Source: Lama guanicoe
Taxonomy: Eukaryota
Direction: 5' to 3'
Length of the DNA: 64,000 bases
Assembly (NCBI GenBank): GCA_013239625.1
Contig: MU053652.1
Span: forward strand, 1,986,001 to 2,050,000
The notes under the pieces are model-generated. The model saw only the letters and a list, made by a program, of their open reading frames with translations. It was not told where the DNA came from and did not search any database. Made by a program: the position numbers and the translations under genes. This document shows, one piece after another, positions 25,581 through 38,900 of this stretch; position 1 is the first letter of the stretch; every line of letters starts with the position of its first letter.

Positions 25581-26484
25581 CACATGCAATCCTTTAAAAC
25601 CCTTAGTAATTCCATACAGGCAAGGTTAAAGTCATTTCACAAAGTCTTTTCTTGGTTACGCACCCTCCATTTGCTCCCTTTTCTTCACTTTTCGCCATCC
25701 TCCTTCCCATTATTCACAATAAAAACAAGAATTTCTTCCACTGTGAGAGCTGTGACTGACACACGTGAGATAAGGACATCAAAGTGACACTGAGAGCCGG
25801 ATGCTGGTGAGGGCTGGATTCGCCCACTGGCTCTGTGACTCATCACAGGCACATCTCAGAGGGACCTGTTGCTGTTCAAGCTTCCCCAGCACCTCTGCCT
25901 TTCTTTCCTGAGCTGCACAATTAGCACCTTATCCTGGATGGCTGTAGCCTCTAATTGCCTGTAAAACACCACTCAGCACTTTATTTTAACAGACTCAGTG
26001 CTGATCTGTACATGATAATTTTATTCCCTAATAATTTCACCTTTTTTATGTCCTGTCTCCTCCACTCAGTAACAGACCAGGTCTTAACATTTCTTTTATT
26101 CTGAACTCAATGCTGGATACACGGTAACAAGATTGTTTTCTTTGTTTTTTTTAAAGCACTAGGCCACAGATCCTGAAGACAAGGTTTTCTAAATGACCTT
26201 AGTCTTTTGTATCCCAATAATTAAAAATAAAAAAAGGTGGTTTTTTTTGCACCTAATGATGAAATATTTTATTCTGCATCAAGGTATCCTTCAGACTAGG
26301 TATTGCTGATAAGATACAGGGAGGAGATAAAGGAGAGAATACAAGTTTAGGGCAGGACTGTGACCCGGATTTAATGCCCTGTGACAGAGGGTCATCACCT
26401 TTCAGTTCACAAAGAACTTCCTCAGAAAGATGATTTCAGGAAGTGAGTTGATATACTTCTATTACTTCCGTACATTACCTCATT

Positions 26485-26630
26485 CAGTAGTTGTCACTGC
26501 TACACCCATTTTATGGATGAGTACATCGAGGCTCAAAGCAATAACAACTCCAGTCCCACAAATGGCAAATGATGGTGGTGATGAAGCTGGAACGTGAGCT
26601 TAGGTTTCTCTGATTCTTAAGATTACACTC
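26485..26630 (-). mobile_element. MIR SINE fragment
   Basis: acacccattttatggatgagtacatcgaggctcaaag...aagctggaacgtgagcttagg. Confidence 0.6.
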
Positions 26631-26776
26631 TCGATTATGCTATATTACAACAATCGCTAAACAAAAAGCTTCTCTCCCTGCCCACCCCCAACCCATCTCT
26701 CATTTATGGGTTGATTATCACCATAGTTGTGGAAATGCAAAGGACACTGGAGAGAAAATAAGAAAGATAGGCATTG

Positions 26777-27210
26777 TGCAGCAACATGGATGGACCTAGA
26801 GACAGCCATTCTAAGTGAAGTAAGCCAGAAAGAGACAGAAAAATGCCACATGATATCACTCAATATGGAATCTAAAAAAAGGAAAAAAAGAGGACACTAA
26901 TGAACTCATCTACAAAACAGAAACAGACTTGCAGACATAGTAAACAATCTTACAGTTACTGGGAGCAAAGGGGGTAGGAAGGGGTAAATTTGGAAGTCAG
27001 ATTTGCAAATGTTAACCAAAAAAACCAAGTGTCTTCTGTATAGCACAGGAAACTATATTCAATATCTTGTAATAACCTTAAATGAAAAAGAATATGAAAA
27101 TGAATATATGTATGTATACGTATGACTGGGACATTGTGCTGCACGCCAGAAACTGACACATTGTAACTGACCATACTTCAGTAAAATTTTTTTAAATTAA
27201 AAAAATAAAT
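26777..27210 (+). mobile_element. 5'-truncated L1 (ORF2 end plus 3'UTR), lineage-specific
   Basis: gcagcaacatggatggacctagagac...ctaagtgaagtaagccag... with an A-rich tail. Perfect 13-bp TSD aagataggcattg at 26764-26776 and 27211-27223. Confidence 0.92.
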
Positions 27211-27339
27211 AAGATAGGCATTGGATTGCAATTGTTAACTAAAACAGGGATTGAAGAATAAAAATTGAATGGGAATTTAGCCGAAAGACACAGGACCTGA
27301 CATTCACAAAGATGAGACCCTAGCATGCTCCCTGGTGGG

Positions 27340-27535
27340 GTGCACAGGAGGGATCTGGGTTCTAATCTCCAACACCCTACGTAGCTGTGTGTGAGTGGCC
27401 TCAGACAAACAGATTTACATCTCTATGCCTCACTCCCCTCATCTGTGAATTGGGAATAATCTGTGAGAAAATTCAGATAATCGGTGAGAAAGTGTGATTA
27501 GGTGCGTGATGTCTGACATGCAGTAAGCACTCCTC
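27340..27535 (+). mobile_element. MIR SINE
   Basis: gatctgggttctaatctcc...ctctatgcctcactcccctcatctgtgaattgggaataat...gtaagcactc. Confidence 0.7.
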
Positions 27536-27554
27536 GAGAAAGGTAGCTGTTTTT

Positions 27555-28989
27555 TAATTGAGGTAACATTGATTTATAATCATCTATAAGTTTCATGTGT
27601 ACAACATTATATGTCTACGTCCGTATGCCCCCCCACTCAGTGCACTCACCACCAAAATTTAGTTTCCAGGCATCACCCTCCCTCCTGCCTCTTCCCCTCT
27701 GGTAACCACTACTCTGTTCTCTGTAGCTACGCATTTGTTTGTGTTTGGTTTGATTTGTTCATTCATTTTGTTTTTATTTGTTTATTAGGTTTTTTCTTTT
27801 AATTGAAGTATAGTAGATTTACATTATTACTTAGTTTCAGGTGTACAGCATAGTGATTCAGTATTTTTATAGCTTATACTCCATTAAAAGTTATTATAAG
27901 GCAATGACTATAATTCCCTGTGCTACACAATATATCCTTGCTGCTTATTTATTTTATATATAGTAGTTTGTATCTCTTAATCCCATATCCTTCACTTGCC
28001 CCTCCCTCTTCCTTCTCCTTCATGACCACTAGTTTGTCTTCTGTATCTGCAAGTCTGTTTCTGTTTTGCATATACATTCACTTGTATTATTTTTTAGATT
28101 TCACATGTAAGTGATAACATACAGTATTTGTTTAGTTTCCATTGCCTGAGGAGACATATCTAGAAAGACACTGTGAAGACTGATGTCAATGAGCATATTG
28201 CCTGTTTTTTTCCTAGGAGTTTTATGGTTCCAGGTCTTACATTCAAGTCTTTAATCCTTTTTATGTTAATTTTTGTGTATGGTGTGAGATAGTGTTCTAG
28301 TTTCATGTTTTTGCATGTGGCTGTCTTAGCACCATCGATTGAAGAGATTATCCTCTCTCTGTTGTATGTTCTTTGCTCCTTTGTCATAAATTAATTGTCC
28401 ATATATGCATGGGTTTATTTCTGGGCTCTCAATTCTGTTCCATTGATCTATACATCTGTTTTCTGCCACACCACGCTGTTTTGATTGCTATGGCTTTGTA
28501 AAGTAGTTTGAAATCACGCAGTGTGATGTCTCCAGCTTTGTTCTTTCTTTCTCAGGATTGCTTTGGCTAGTTGAGGTCTTCTGTTATTCTATATAATTTT
28601 TAGAATTTTTGTTCTATTTCTGTGAAAAATGTCCTTGTGATTTTGATAGGGATCACACTGAATTTGTAGATTGATTTAGGGAATATGGACATTTTGACAA
28701 TGTTAATTCTTCCAATCCAGGAGCATGGAATATCTTTCCATTTATTTGTGTCTTCTGCAATTTCTTTCGTCGATGTTTTACAGTTTTCAATGTATACGTC
28801 TTTCACCTTCCTAGTTAAACTCATGCCTAGGTGTTTTATTCTTTCTGTCTTTGTTTCTTTTTGCTAGCTCATTGTTAGCAAATAGAAATGTAACAGATTT
28901 TTGTATCTTGATTTTGTATCCTGGAACTTTGCTGTGTTCTTGCTGTGCAAACTTCTAATAGTTTCTAGGTGAAGTCTTTAGGGTTTTCA
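27555..28989 (-). mobile_element. Composite L1 insertion (two 3' ends plus an internal ORF2 segment)
   Basis: Minus-strand ORFs 28160-28387 and 28600-28824 translate as L1 ORF2 (e.g. [24 protein letters not shown]). Outer TSD aaaggtagctgttttt (27539-27554) and aaaggtagctattttt (28990-29005). Confidence 0.88.
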
Positions 28990-30319
28990 AAAGGTAGCTA
29001 TTTTTAACAGTGCGTCATTGACTTGCTATTGGAGACATGCTTCCTGTGGCCTTTACTTTAAACCCTGGACAGGACAGAGGCCACAGCTAGAGCCAGGGGG
29101 ATGGTAGGCATCTTGTCAGCCACCCCCTCCTCCTCCCAGGGGCACATCTTCCCAGCCAGAGGAAGCTCAGTGCCAGCTCCCTCAGTAGTTGCCTGCTCTC
29201 AGTCTGTGAGTATCTCTGTATTCACTCCCCAGTGAGAGGCTGGTGAAGGCCATTTTGCCAAATGGCCAACTGGAGACATGGCCCAGACAAGGAGAAACAG
29301 CAGGGCACCCTCATGACACGCTACCTCATCCAAAGACAGAGAGGATGCTGTGGGTCATGTCCCAGCTGTGTGGGTCCACGGGGCCTTGCAGAAGGTGGCT
29401 GCCTCCCCATGGAACCCCCAGAGCCCCCTCCATCTGGGGTCTGGGGCCTGCAGCTCAGCTGGCCTCTTCTGTCATGGTCCTTTGGATCTCACATGGACAC
29501 AACCCCACAGAATCTCCAAAAATGAGGCCCAGCTTCTGGCACCCAATGCATAACAGGCAGATGGCCACAATGATCCCCACGCTCCCCAGAGGGCTTAAAG
29601 GGGCCTCTTAAGGCCTCCGCCAAGCAAGTCTCTCATCACTGGCACCCTGATCGGCCTTCTCGGGGGCCCTGAGTAAGAGCTGAGGCCCAGCTGGGGGAAA
29701 GAGCAGGCCCCGGTGAGTTATGAGGCTGTAATTCCATCAAGGGCTTCTGGAGAGATCGTAAACTCACGTCCCACATCTCCCCGTCCCCCCAGCCCTTTTT
29801 CTCCCCAGAGTGATTTACAAGCCTATAATTCTGAGGCGGGCCTGCTTCTTATTTCACATAATCCAAATGTTTTCCTAAAGCAACATCAGGCCTTCTCTTG
29901 GCGCCTAGCTGCCTGCCTCAAAGCCAAGGAGCAGCAGCCGTGCCCCCTGGTGGCTGGAGGCCCAGGCGGGCTCCTGGGTGGAATTTCCTGAGCACAAGGA
30001 AAGCCAAGTCCTGCCTGAAGCCCAGTGGGTGTGAAGGGCCTCAGGGGCTCCCTCTGGGGCTCAGGGACATGCAGCTGTGGCCAAGAAAGCATTGATTTCT
30101 GTGGCTCTATTGATGCAGTTTTCAAGCATTTATTGAACCCCAGCCTGTGCGGCACTTGCTAGAGATGCTATGAGATCCCATGAGCCAAGCCCAGTTTTCA
30201 TTCTGTGGCTGTGTTTTGGCTCTTCACATCCCTTCAAATACTAAATACTTCATGTGTTTCTGCCAGGGCCCCAGCCCCTCCTGGCCCGAGGCAACACCCT
30301 GAGGCCAATGGGAGGTCCA

Positions 30320-30500
30320 TCACCTCCCTGTGTAGTTGACGCTTGCACTGTCTGTCTCTCCCATTAGAATATGAGCCCCGTGAAGGCAGGGACCTTCTCT
30401 GGTTGGGTTCTGCTGTATCTCCAGCATCTGGAACAGTGCTTGGCCCCAAGCAAATGCTCTTGAAATGTTTGCTGAGTGAAGCATGAATGAAGGAACGAGC
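30320..30500 (+). mobile_element. L2 3' end
   Basis: tctgtctctcccattagaatatgagccccgtgaaggcagggacc...gaacagtgcttggcccc...aaatgtttgctgagtgaagcatgaatgaa. Confidence 0.75.
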
Positions 30501-33500
30501 AAACAACTGAACACGTGAGGTGGCTAGATGGCCTGCAGCACTGACTCCAATCGATGACAACGGACGAGAGAGGCTGGCCTCAAGTCCTAGCCCCAAGCTT
30601 GAGTGTGAAGGCTGGTGGGCTGGAACAGGAATCTTCCTGCCACCTCTCCCCTATTGCTAAGTTTGCTTTGGGTGGAGGTCCATAGACAGTGGGTTGCATG
30701 GTGGGGTAAGAGGGGGACGTTCCTGGAGCTGCCGTGGGGACAAGGACATAGAGTGGGACCCCTGAAGGGTAATCCATCCTGCAGCTGTCATGAGGGCCTC
30801 TTGTTGGCCTGCCTTATGTCTTTCATGGGCAGCTACAATGGTGAGTGTCATCACTGGGTCCCCAGGGCATCTGTCTCTGGGATCAAGATAACAACTAATG
30901 GCCCCAGCCAGGTAGCCTAGTGATCACCCTCTCTGGCCCAGATTCCTTCCAGGCCCAGCATCCTCCCCACCTTTCTGACTTCTGCCTGTGCCTGGCTTTT
31001 CCCTTTAAAAATCTGCTCATGTTCTCTTCGGTGGTGACTGGTAACTATGGAAACTACAATTAGGCTGTTTTGCTCAGTGTCTCTAAAAATTGCCACGCGC
31101 AGGCAGCAACAGCCCCTGACTTATCTGAGACCCTGCCTGGGCTCTTCCATATGTTCTTTTAGGACACGCCCTCTGAGCATTTAAGAAAATGCTCCTCCAG
31201 CTACCTGAGATGAAAGGCCAGTTTCTCTTTGTAAAAATTTCCAAATCATCGCCATCCCATGTTTTTGTAAAACACAATGAAAACAAATTAGAAAAATGAA
31301 AAAAAAAGATGTACAACATATAAGCCCCAATTTTATAATGATAAATTCAGTAGACATAAGGGTACCCTTTCTAGTAGCTATAAAAGTTTCTCAGTGCTTC
31401 CTCTTAATTTCCATACTAGATCATTGTGGGTATCAGTTTGTGGCTCTAGTCTTGACTATACTTTGAATAGCTGTGGCCTGGAACCCAGGAAGACAGCCCA
31501 GAATGCCACCCAGGGTCTCACCCCAGTCCTGATGCATCGTTGGCCAAGCCTGCAGACCCTGTCCAGCTTGGGGCCTGTACCCAAGGATTCCTCGGGGTGG
31601 AAGTTGGGGCTTCACTGGGCACACTGACAACCCACAGAAATGTCTGCACTTAACTTGAGCAAATGTGTGTGAGGGAAGAAGCTGCAGAGGTTTTCACATT
31701 TTCACAAATGGAATGTTGCTTGCGTGCACTCTGAGGCTCTCTCAGCAAAGGGAAAACAGAACCTCAATATACAACTAAGGTGGAAATGACTCTGCCTCAC
31801 ATACATCTAGTGGGCCCACTGGAGTGAGCTGACTCAGGGCCGCGATGGAGCCAGGGATGACTCAACAGGAGACCCCATGCCCAACCTTCCTGCTGAGATG
31901 CAACTATGCCTCCATCTTGGTCCTGATCTGTGACACACTTTGGGGGTGATGTAACTGGTTATCGATGATTCTTGTTGTTAACAGGCAAAATATGGACATG
32001 ACACCCAATTCAAGAGACACCAAAGGGCCTCCATCCTTCCCATGTTCCTCAGCCACCAATGCCCTTCCCTGGGGGCACCGCCGTCACTGTCCATCTCTTT
32101 CTTTTCCTAAGGGAGCCCACATGTCCTTTGTGATGCAGTTATTCAGTCTGATATTTGCAGGGAACACAGGCTTGAACTCAGCAAACAACAGCATGAGTAG
32201 TTAAAGCCTGTCTAGCTACATGCAAAGCTGGGGTTTTTGTGGGTTTTTTTTTTTTTTTGAGATAGTAGGGGAAGGGTGAGTATTTTCTCAAAGGAAAGAA
32301 TGACAGGACCACGGGAAAAAGAGGTAACTAAGACAAGCGAGTGGGCATGAAAGGACGAGAGAGCCTGCTCAGTAATAAAACCACCCATCCCCTGGCTGGT
32401 TCCCAAGGCAGGGTTCCAGAGTGTGAGCGCTCGGCTGGTTCCCAGGGATCAACCCGGACTTGGCTGGTGATGCATGGAAGCCATTGTCCATGACCCAGGC
32501 CCAGCCCTCCTCTGCCACGTCAATGGCTGTTCCTACCTCTGTGCTGAGGAGGAACTTACTAGTTTACACTGTGCTCCTGGAAACCTTGGCTTTGTCTGAC
32601 AGGTTTCTTCTTCTTTGTTTTTAAAATATAATTATGGTATAGGCTGGAATCTCTCTCCATGCAATTTCATTGAGAAGCTAGCCCTGCCTTCTGGGGCCAA
32701 GATAACAGTCTGCACGGGGCAGGGTGGGGATGGAAGGGAGAGAAAAACAAAGCCCACTTTCTAATCATGGGTATGTGAGAGCGAGGGAACATCTGGGGAG
32801 AGGCAGCCCTCCCAGGTTTTGCCACTGGGAAGCTGGGAAAGCAGGGCCAGATGCATGAGGCAGAGCTGGATGGGCTCGCTCAAGCCAGTCCCACACATGC
32901 TGCCAGCCCTGGACACTCTCCTAACAAAGGCCGTGACCTTAGAGACAGCCATGGAAGGCTATCTGGCTCCCAACTCTACTTCCGGTGGTCAACTCAGCCC
33001 TGAAAGTGAGTCCCCTCTCCCCTCCCACCTGGAGCAAGAGTGGAGGAGGCCACACCCCAGGCAGAGTCAGCATTTACTGGGCCTTCGCACGAAATACACA
33101 GTCTTCACTGTTCTGGGCATAGAGCAGGATTCTAGACCATAGAAGGCCTGGTCTTCGCCCTTCAGAGCTTACAGTATAACTAAATAGACCATAAAAGGAG
33201 TTAAACAGATGACTTCACCACACTTTTATGATGGCAGGAAGAAATGCTACAAGACAGATCATGATTAATCGGTAAACGAGCAGGAGAAGTGTAATCGCAC
33301 AGGAGCCCCACGGATGGAGCGATCGCAAGGCGCTGCAGACGACTGAGGGGCGAGCTGCACCTTGACGGGTGGAGAGGTCGAGAACTGAGGAGAGGCAGGT
33401 GACCGAGCCAGTCAGAGAAGATCAGCAGCCCCCAAGAGTTCAGAGAACCCGTTCCCCCCACCCAAATAACACTCCGGCCCTGACATCTGGGAGCAGTTGA

Positions 33501-36500
33501 GACCTTGCCCCAGGTCAACAGTTGGAGCAGGCCAGGTCGTAGAACTTCCGGTTCCCTGTGCTGGCCCCAGTGATGCCCCCATAGCACCTACCCCCTGCGG
33601 CGGCCTGAGAGGCAGTGGCAGGCAGGCAGCCGTCCTGGAGCTGGTGGCAGGAGGGGGATCAGCAAAGCTCTAGTGTTCGCACCTGAGGTCCTTCCTCTCA
33701 GTTCCTCTTTGCCATCTGACGGCACCTCAGCCCGCCCCTTCTTCTCACTTACCCACAGCTAAGTGGTGTGAACTGTTACTGCTTTTCTCTTTCTTCTTGT
33801 TCCCCCTCGCTTTCAAGAAAAAAAAAAAATCAAAGACACAGAAGAAAATTGCTGCTAATGTTTCCTCCTCTCCCTCCATTAGAGCTGATGCTTATAAATA
33901 TTGAAGAGCCAAGCTCCACCAAACTCGGTGAGCACCACTGTCTGCTGGCTGTTCACTCCCCTCCTTCATCTCCCACGGCAACCCCTCCCTGGAGGGAGAA
34001 GGAAGGATCTCGCTTCGGGAAAGCCAGGGAGGCAGGCTGGGGCTGTCTGAGCGGGCTGGGTCATGAACAGGGGTCGGGAGCCCCTTCCTATTGGGGTAGC
34101 TGGGAGCCCAGAGCGGGAGTGGCCAAAAAAGCTGCAGCCCTCCTCCCACCCCCCAGAGAAGCACATGGGAGCAGAGGTGGAGGGCAGAGTCAGGGACCTT
34201 GAAAGGGAACTGGGGTTCTCTGGAGGACATTTGGGGAAACAAGCTACTAAAAATAAAAGGGCTCTGAAATAAAGAAAAAAACCAAAACTTGCTCACATCC
34301 ACCCTTCCCACTGACTCACAAGTGAGATCTGGAGCGACAGGGCTCAGGAGGTGCTTCTGAACCCTGCCATTCCAAAGACTTAGGAGAGGACACCCCAATA
34401 CCTGGGGAACGGGTGTGGAACTGCTTGACACCCAGGCCTCCTTGACTCACAGACTCAAACACTGAGGCCAGAGTAGGACCAGGCCCATTAGTGATGAGAT
34501 GCAAATGCGTAGACTTATGGCAACTAGACCCCAGCAGCCCCCACACGTCTCTCCCCAGCTCAACTAACTTTCTAGTTCTTCCACTCATGCAGTCAAATTT
34601 TTCTGTTCAAAAAACTCAATGCCCTCCCCAGGCCCTCTGCTGAGGTGTTCTCGAGCCCAGCTGTGACCGTCTGGACAGTAGCACATCCTTTGAGGGCAGG
34701 TGTGGAGCTGTCAGGACACGCACTGTACACCGATAAATCAGTGGTCCCAGCCCAAGCTTGTGCTCACATTAGCTTGGCGTAGATTACCATATAAATTGGA
34801 TTTGACTGCCATTTAGTCTCCCTTTCCTAATTTACCCTTTTCTACTTCCCTCTGCCCCAGTGAACCTCTCTCTCAAAATTCTTTCTTTTCAGAGGAAAAG
34901 AAATCCTTTCTGTCTGAACTCCAAGCCTGCCCCACCCAGCTACAGTTTTGCTTTTCTCACCAGTCCAATCCAAAACATGATGCCCATGCCTACAGACTTG
35001 ATGTGAATTAGCCTGATCTGTCTTTCTCGATGCCTTTGTGTTTTGTAAAGTGCCCTTGCAGTCTGTTTTACCGTTCACTGCCAACCTAGCAATATCCATC
35101 GTCTCAGTGTGGATGGTCTTGATGCTAACCATAGCAGTTTGGGCGCTTTTTCCCATAAAGACTCCGGTTGCCTAGACTTAGGGATGGCCAGTGGGCAGAA
35201 GGATTTTTGCCACCCCTACCACCTTAGCCCCTCCAGGACTGAGCTATCTCACCGCAGCAACTAGCCACAAGCTGTCCTGCTGCAAGGAAAGGAAGATGGC
35301 TCCGAGTTGCAAATGGATGATTGGAAGCTGGCACCCAGAGGCAAATGAGCAAGAAATACAATATAATGAACACAGGGCTCTGATGATTCCCATTCAATGC
35401 TTTGTCTTTTCTAGGCTACCAGGGGCTTTCATTTTCTCCCCCAGGCATTGAAAACTGTCACTCAGACTAAGGCCCACAGTTGGACTCATAGAGCCAACAA
35501 GGAGAGGCTTTGCCCATCACCTACCACCTACCTCTTTCCTATTTCATCAGCTAGAAGATGCTGAATGTTGAGTCTAGGAGGCAAGGTCCATGGAGGAAAT
35601 TTCAGCCCTGATCAAAAGAATGGTGGGCTCTCAAATCAGCAGCTTTTTATCTCGCTCACTATTTGACAGCCAAATCAATGCTTCCTCTTTTGCAATAACT
35701 TTTACTCTCACACTGATCGGCTCACAGCTGGTGAACAGAGATGCTTTTCTCCTAAAGCAACTTCCATGCTCTTGATGGGGGTCACTTAGGAAAAGGAGGA
35801 GAGGACCCTGACGGCTTGTGGTCATTCTGGTCTGGCTTCAGGAGTCATGATGGGTGGTAGGGTCTCAGGGAAGCCACGGAACAAAAAGCGCTCTAGAAAT
35901 TGGCTCCAGTTACTGCACCGGAGGAGAGAGTGCCACCGCAAAACAAGCGGAAGCAAAGAAAGATGCTGGGAGAAAGACAGTAACTGAGTGTTTACCGTGT
36001 GCAAATTATTGAAAGGCAATGTGTACAAATAACAGGAATAAAACTTATTAATGTATCAGTTTACCGTCTCTTTCATCCGTCAAACTTCCAATCATTCAGA
36101 ATTCCCTGTTTACTGCCCACCTCCGACCTCCCACTGAACACATGGACACTCTGAAGGAGAAATTCACAGAAGATTCTCAGGTCTTTCTGACGTCATCAGG
36201 AGAGTGGGTGGTTAGAATCAAAGAGGCTAGATGCAGGGAGAAAGCAGGAGGGCCTAGCCCTGAAGACTAAAACCATATACACAATAAACAACTAGAAGAG
36301 CGGGAGAAAGCCAGAGAGAGTGAGAGAAGTCCAAAGGAGTCTGGCTTGAGAGAGAGTTTGGGAGACTGACATGTAGGTTCTGGAGAGGCAGGGGATTGGG
36401 GAGAATGGGACGGAGGGGGCAGAGCTCTCGAGGGCTGCAGTGGGTTTGGGATTGTATTCTCCTTAATGTTCTTTGAGGGAATTAAGTGAAGTCTGGAATC

Positions 36501-37329
36501 CCTTTCCAGTTGCCGTTTGGCTGATGTCTACCTGTACTTCTTTAAATGCAGTTCTGTACAAAGACTGCGCTACGAGGGTCCACAAATTTATTCAGGTTAT
36601 TTATCAAGACGAATTTTGAACCTAAGGTGCATTCAGCTGCATATCAAATAACAAACTATCCTAGACCTGAAGAAAGAGCACAACTTTTTCCTGTCTGTTC
36701 ACCCACCAGAGTCACCCTGAAAAGGGGAGGCGGGTAGGTCAGCTATTAACCCAAGGGGCAGACTAGCTGCCTAGAATGAATCTGAACTGATCAGGCACCT
36801 GAATTGACACCTTTTCACTTCTCAAAAAAGATTCCAGTTTCTTAGGAAAGTCAATTTACTGAGGTTGGGATAAAGATGAATTTCTCAGTGTCATAATGGA
36901 TTTTTCTTTCTTTCTTTCTTTCTTTCTTTTTTTTAAGTATCTTGATTCGGCGATCTCACATAACACCACCTGGAACATCCTGTTCCAAACCCTCTGTTCT
37001 CCTGCAAATCACAACGCTGGCTTCAACAGTCATCTCCCTGATCCCTCTGACTTTGAGGTTGTACCGAATGAGCCACATGGGGTCTTAGGATTTATTTTGG
37101 TGACAGATGCATTTATCCCTTAATGAGATGACGATACGTTCTCTCTTCACAGTCTATTGTTGGTACTGGATGCTTTAAAATAAAACTGTGGCATCCAATC
37201 CTTTGGAATCCAGCAAAGCTGAGATAATTACGAATTTTTTAAGTTTCAGCCATGACATACAAAAATGAAAAACCATTAGAAACTGATTTCTCTCTTACCT
37301 GAAGCTGCCTATCCTATTTCGTCCCAACA

Positions 37330-38900
37330 TTTATTTATGAAAGAAGTCACACATAATGGAAAGATGACAGAATTTTACAGTGAATATATACATATATATA
37401 TATACCCAATTAACTAAATCTTCCATTAACATTTTACCAGACTTGTATTATCATGTTTCTGCCCATCTATTCTTCCCTCTATTCATCCATAAATCCATCT
37501 TTTTTTAAAAATTTTACTACTTATCTTTATTCTTTTTTATTGGAATGTAATTGATATGTAACATTGTGTGAGTTTCAAGCGTAAAGTGTATTGATTTAGA
37601 ATTTTATATATTGCAATACGATTGCCACCATAGCATTACCTAAAACCTACCTCACATCATGTTAACGATCATTTCTTTTTGGCGGCGGGAATATCTAAGA
37701 TCCAGTCTCTGAGCAACTTTGAAGTTTATAGCACAGTATCGTTGCCTATAATCGCCATGCTGTGCGCTAGCTCTCCAGAGCTTATTTATCTACTAGTTGC
37801 AAGTCTGTACCCTTAAACAACATCTCCCCAACTCCCCCATCCCTCAGCCCCTGGTAACCGCCATTCTACTCAATGTTTATATGAATTCAGTTGCTTTAGA
37901 TTCCACACGTAAGTGAGAGCATACAGCATCTGTCTTTCTCTGCCTGACTTCTCTCACTTTGTGTTTTGCCTTCAAGGTTTTCCATGTTGTTGCAAATGGC
38001 AATATTTCCTTCTTTCTCAGAGCTGAATAATACTCCACTGTATGTATGTGTATGTATATACAGACACACTGTATCCATTCATCTGTTGACAGACACTTTG
38101 ACTGTTTCCACATCTTGGATATCGTAAGTAATGCTGCATCGAACATGGGAGTGCAGACATCTATTCGATATCCTGTTTTCATTTCTTTGGGGGTATATAC
38201 ACAGAAGTGGAATTGCTGGATCATATGGTAGTTCTATTTTTAACTTTTTGAGGAACGCCATACTGTTTTCCACAGTGGCTTAAACAATTTACATTCCCAC
38301 CAACAGTGCATTAAAGAATGAAGGATGACTCAAGGGGAAAGGAAAGTCTCTTCCACAAATGGTGACGGAAAAGCTTGATAATCATACACAGAAAAGTACA
38401 ACTGGGCTTCTACCTTACACCGCCCATGAAAATTAACTTGAAGTGGATTAAAGACTAAAACACAAGGCCTGATAACGTAAATCTTATTTTGCACAGGCAA
38501 CCATAGAATAACTTCTCTAATTTATCTTATTTTTGATGCATTTCAGAGTAAATCTCAAACTTCAACACAACTTTCCCTAAATACTTCAGCATGGATGTCA
38601 TTAACTAGGTTTCAAGTTTTGTTACAGATTTTTTATTTTGAGGTAAAATTTACCTACAAGGAAATGCACAAATCTTAAGTGTACATTTTCTAAGTTTTGA
38701 CAAATGCGTACACCTGTTGTAACCCAAATCCATACCAAGGTACAGAACTTTGCCTTCACCCAGCATATTCTCTAATGCTCCTTCTTCATCAATTTCACTT
38801 CCGCCCCTCAGGGCGACAACCGTCCGGATGTTTTTTCCCACCACAGATTAGCTTAGTCTGTTCCAGAGCTTCATATAAATGAAAACATACAATATACTCC
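37330..38900 (-). mobile_element. Old L1M 3' end interrupted by a younger L1 (~37501-38515) with an inverted 5' part
   Basis: Minus ORF 37877-38224 resembles the L1 ORF2 C-terminus (CTPMFDAALLTISKMWKQSKC). 38311-38480 is ORF2-like in + orientation. Flanks 37330-37500 and 38520-38900 read as a continuous older L1M 3'UTR. Confidence 0.8.
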
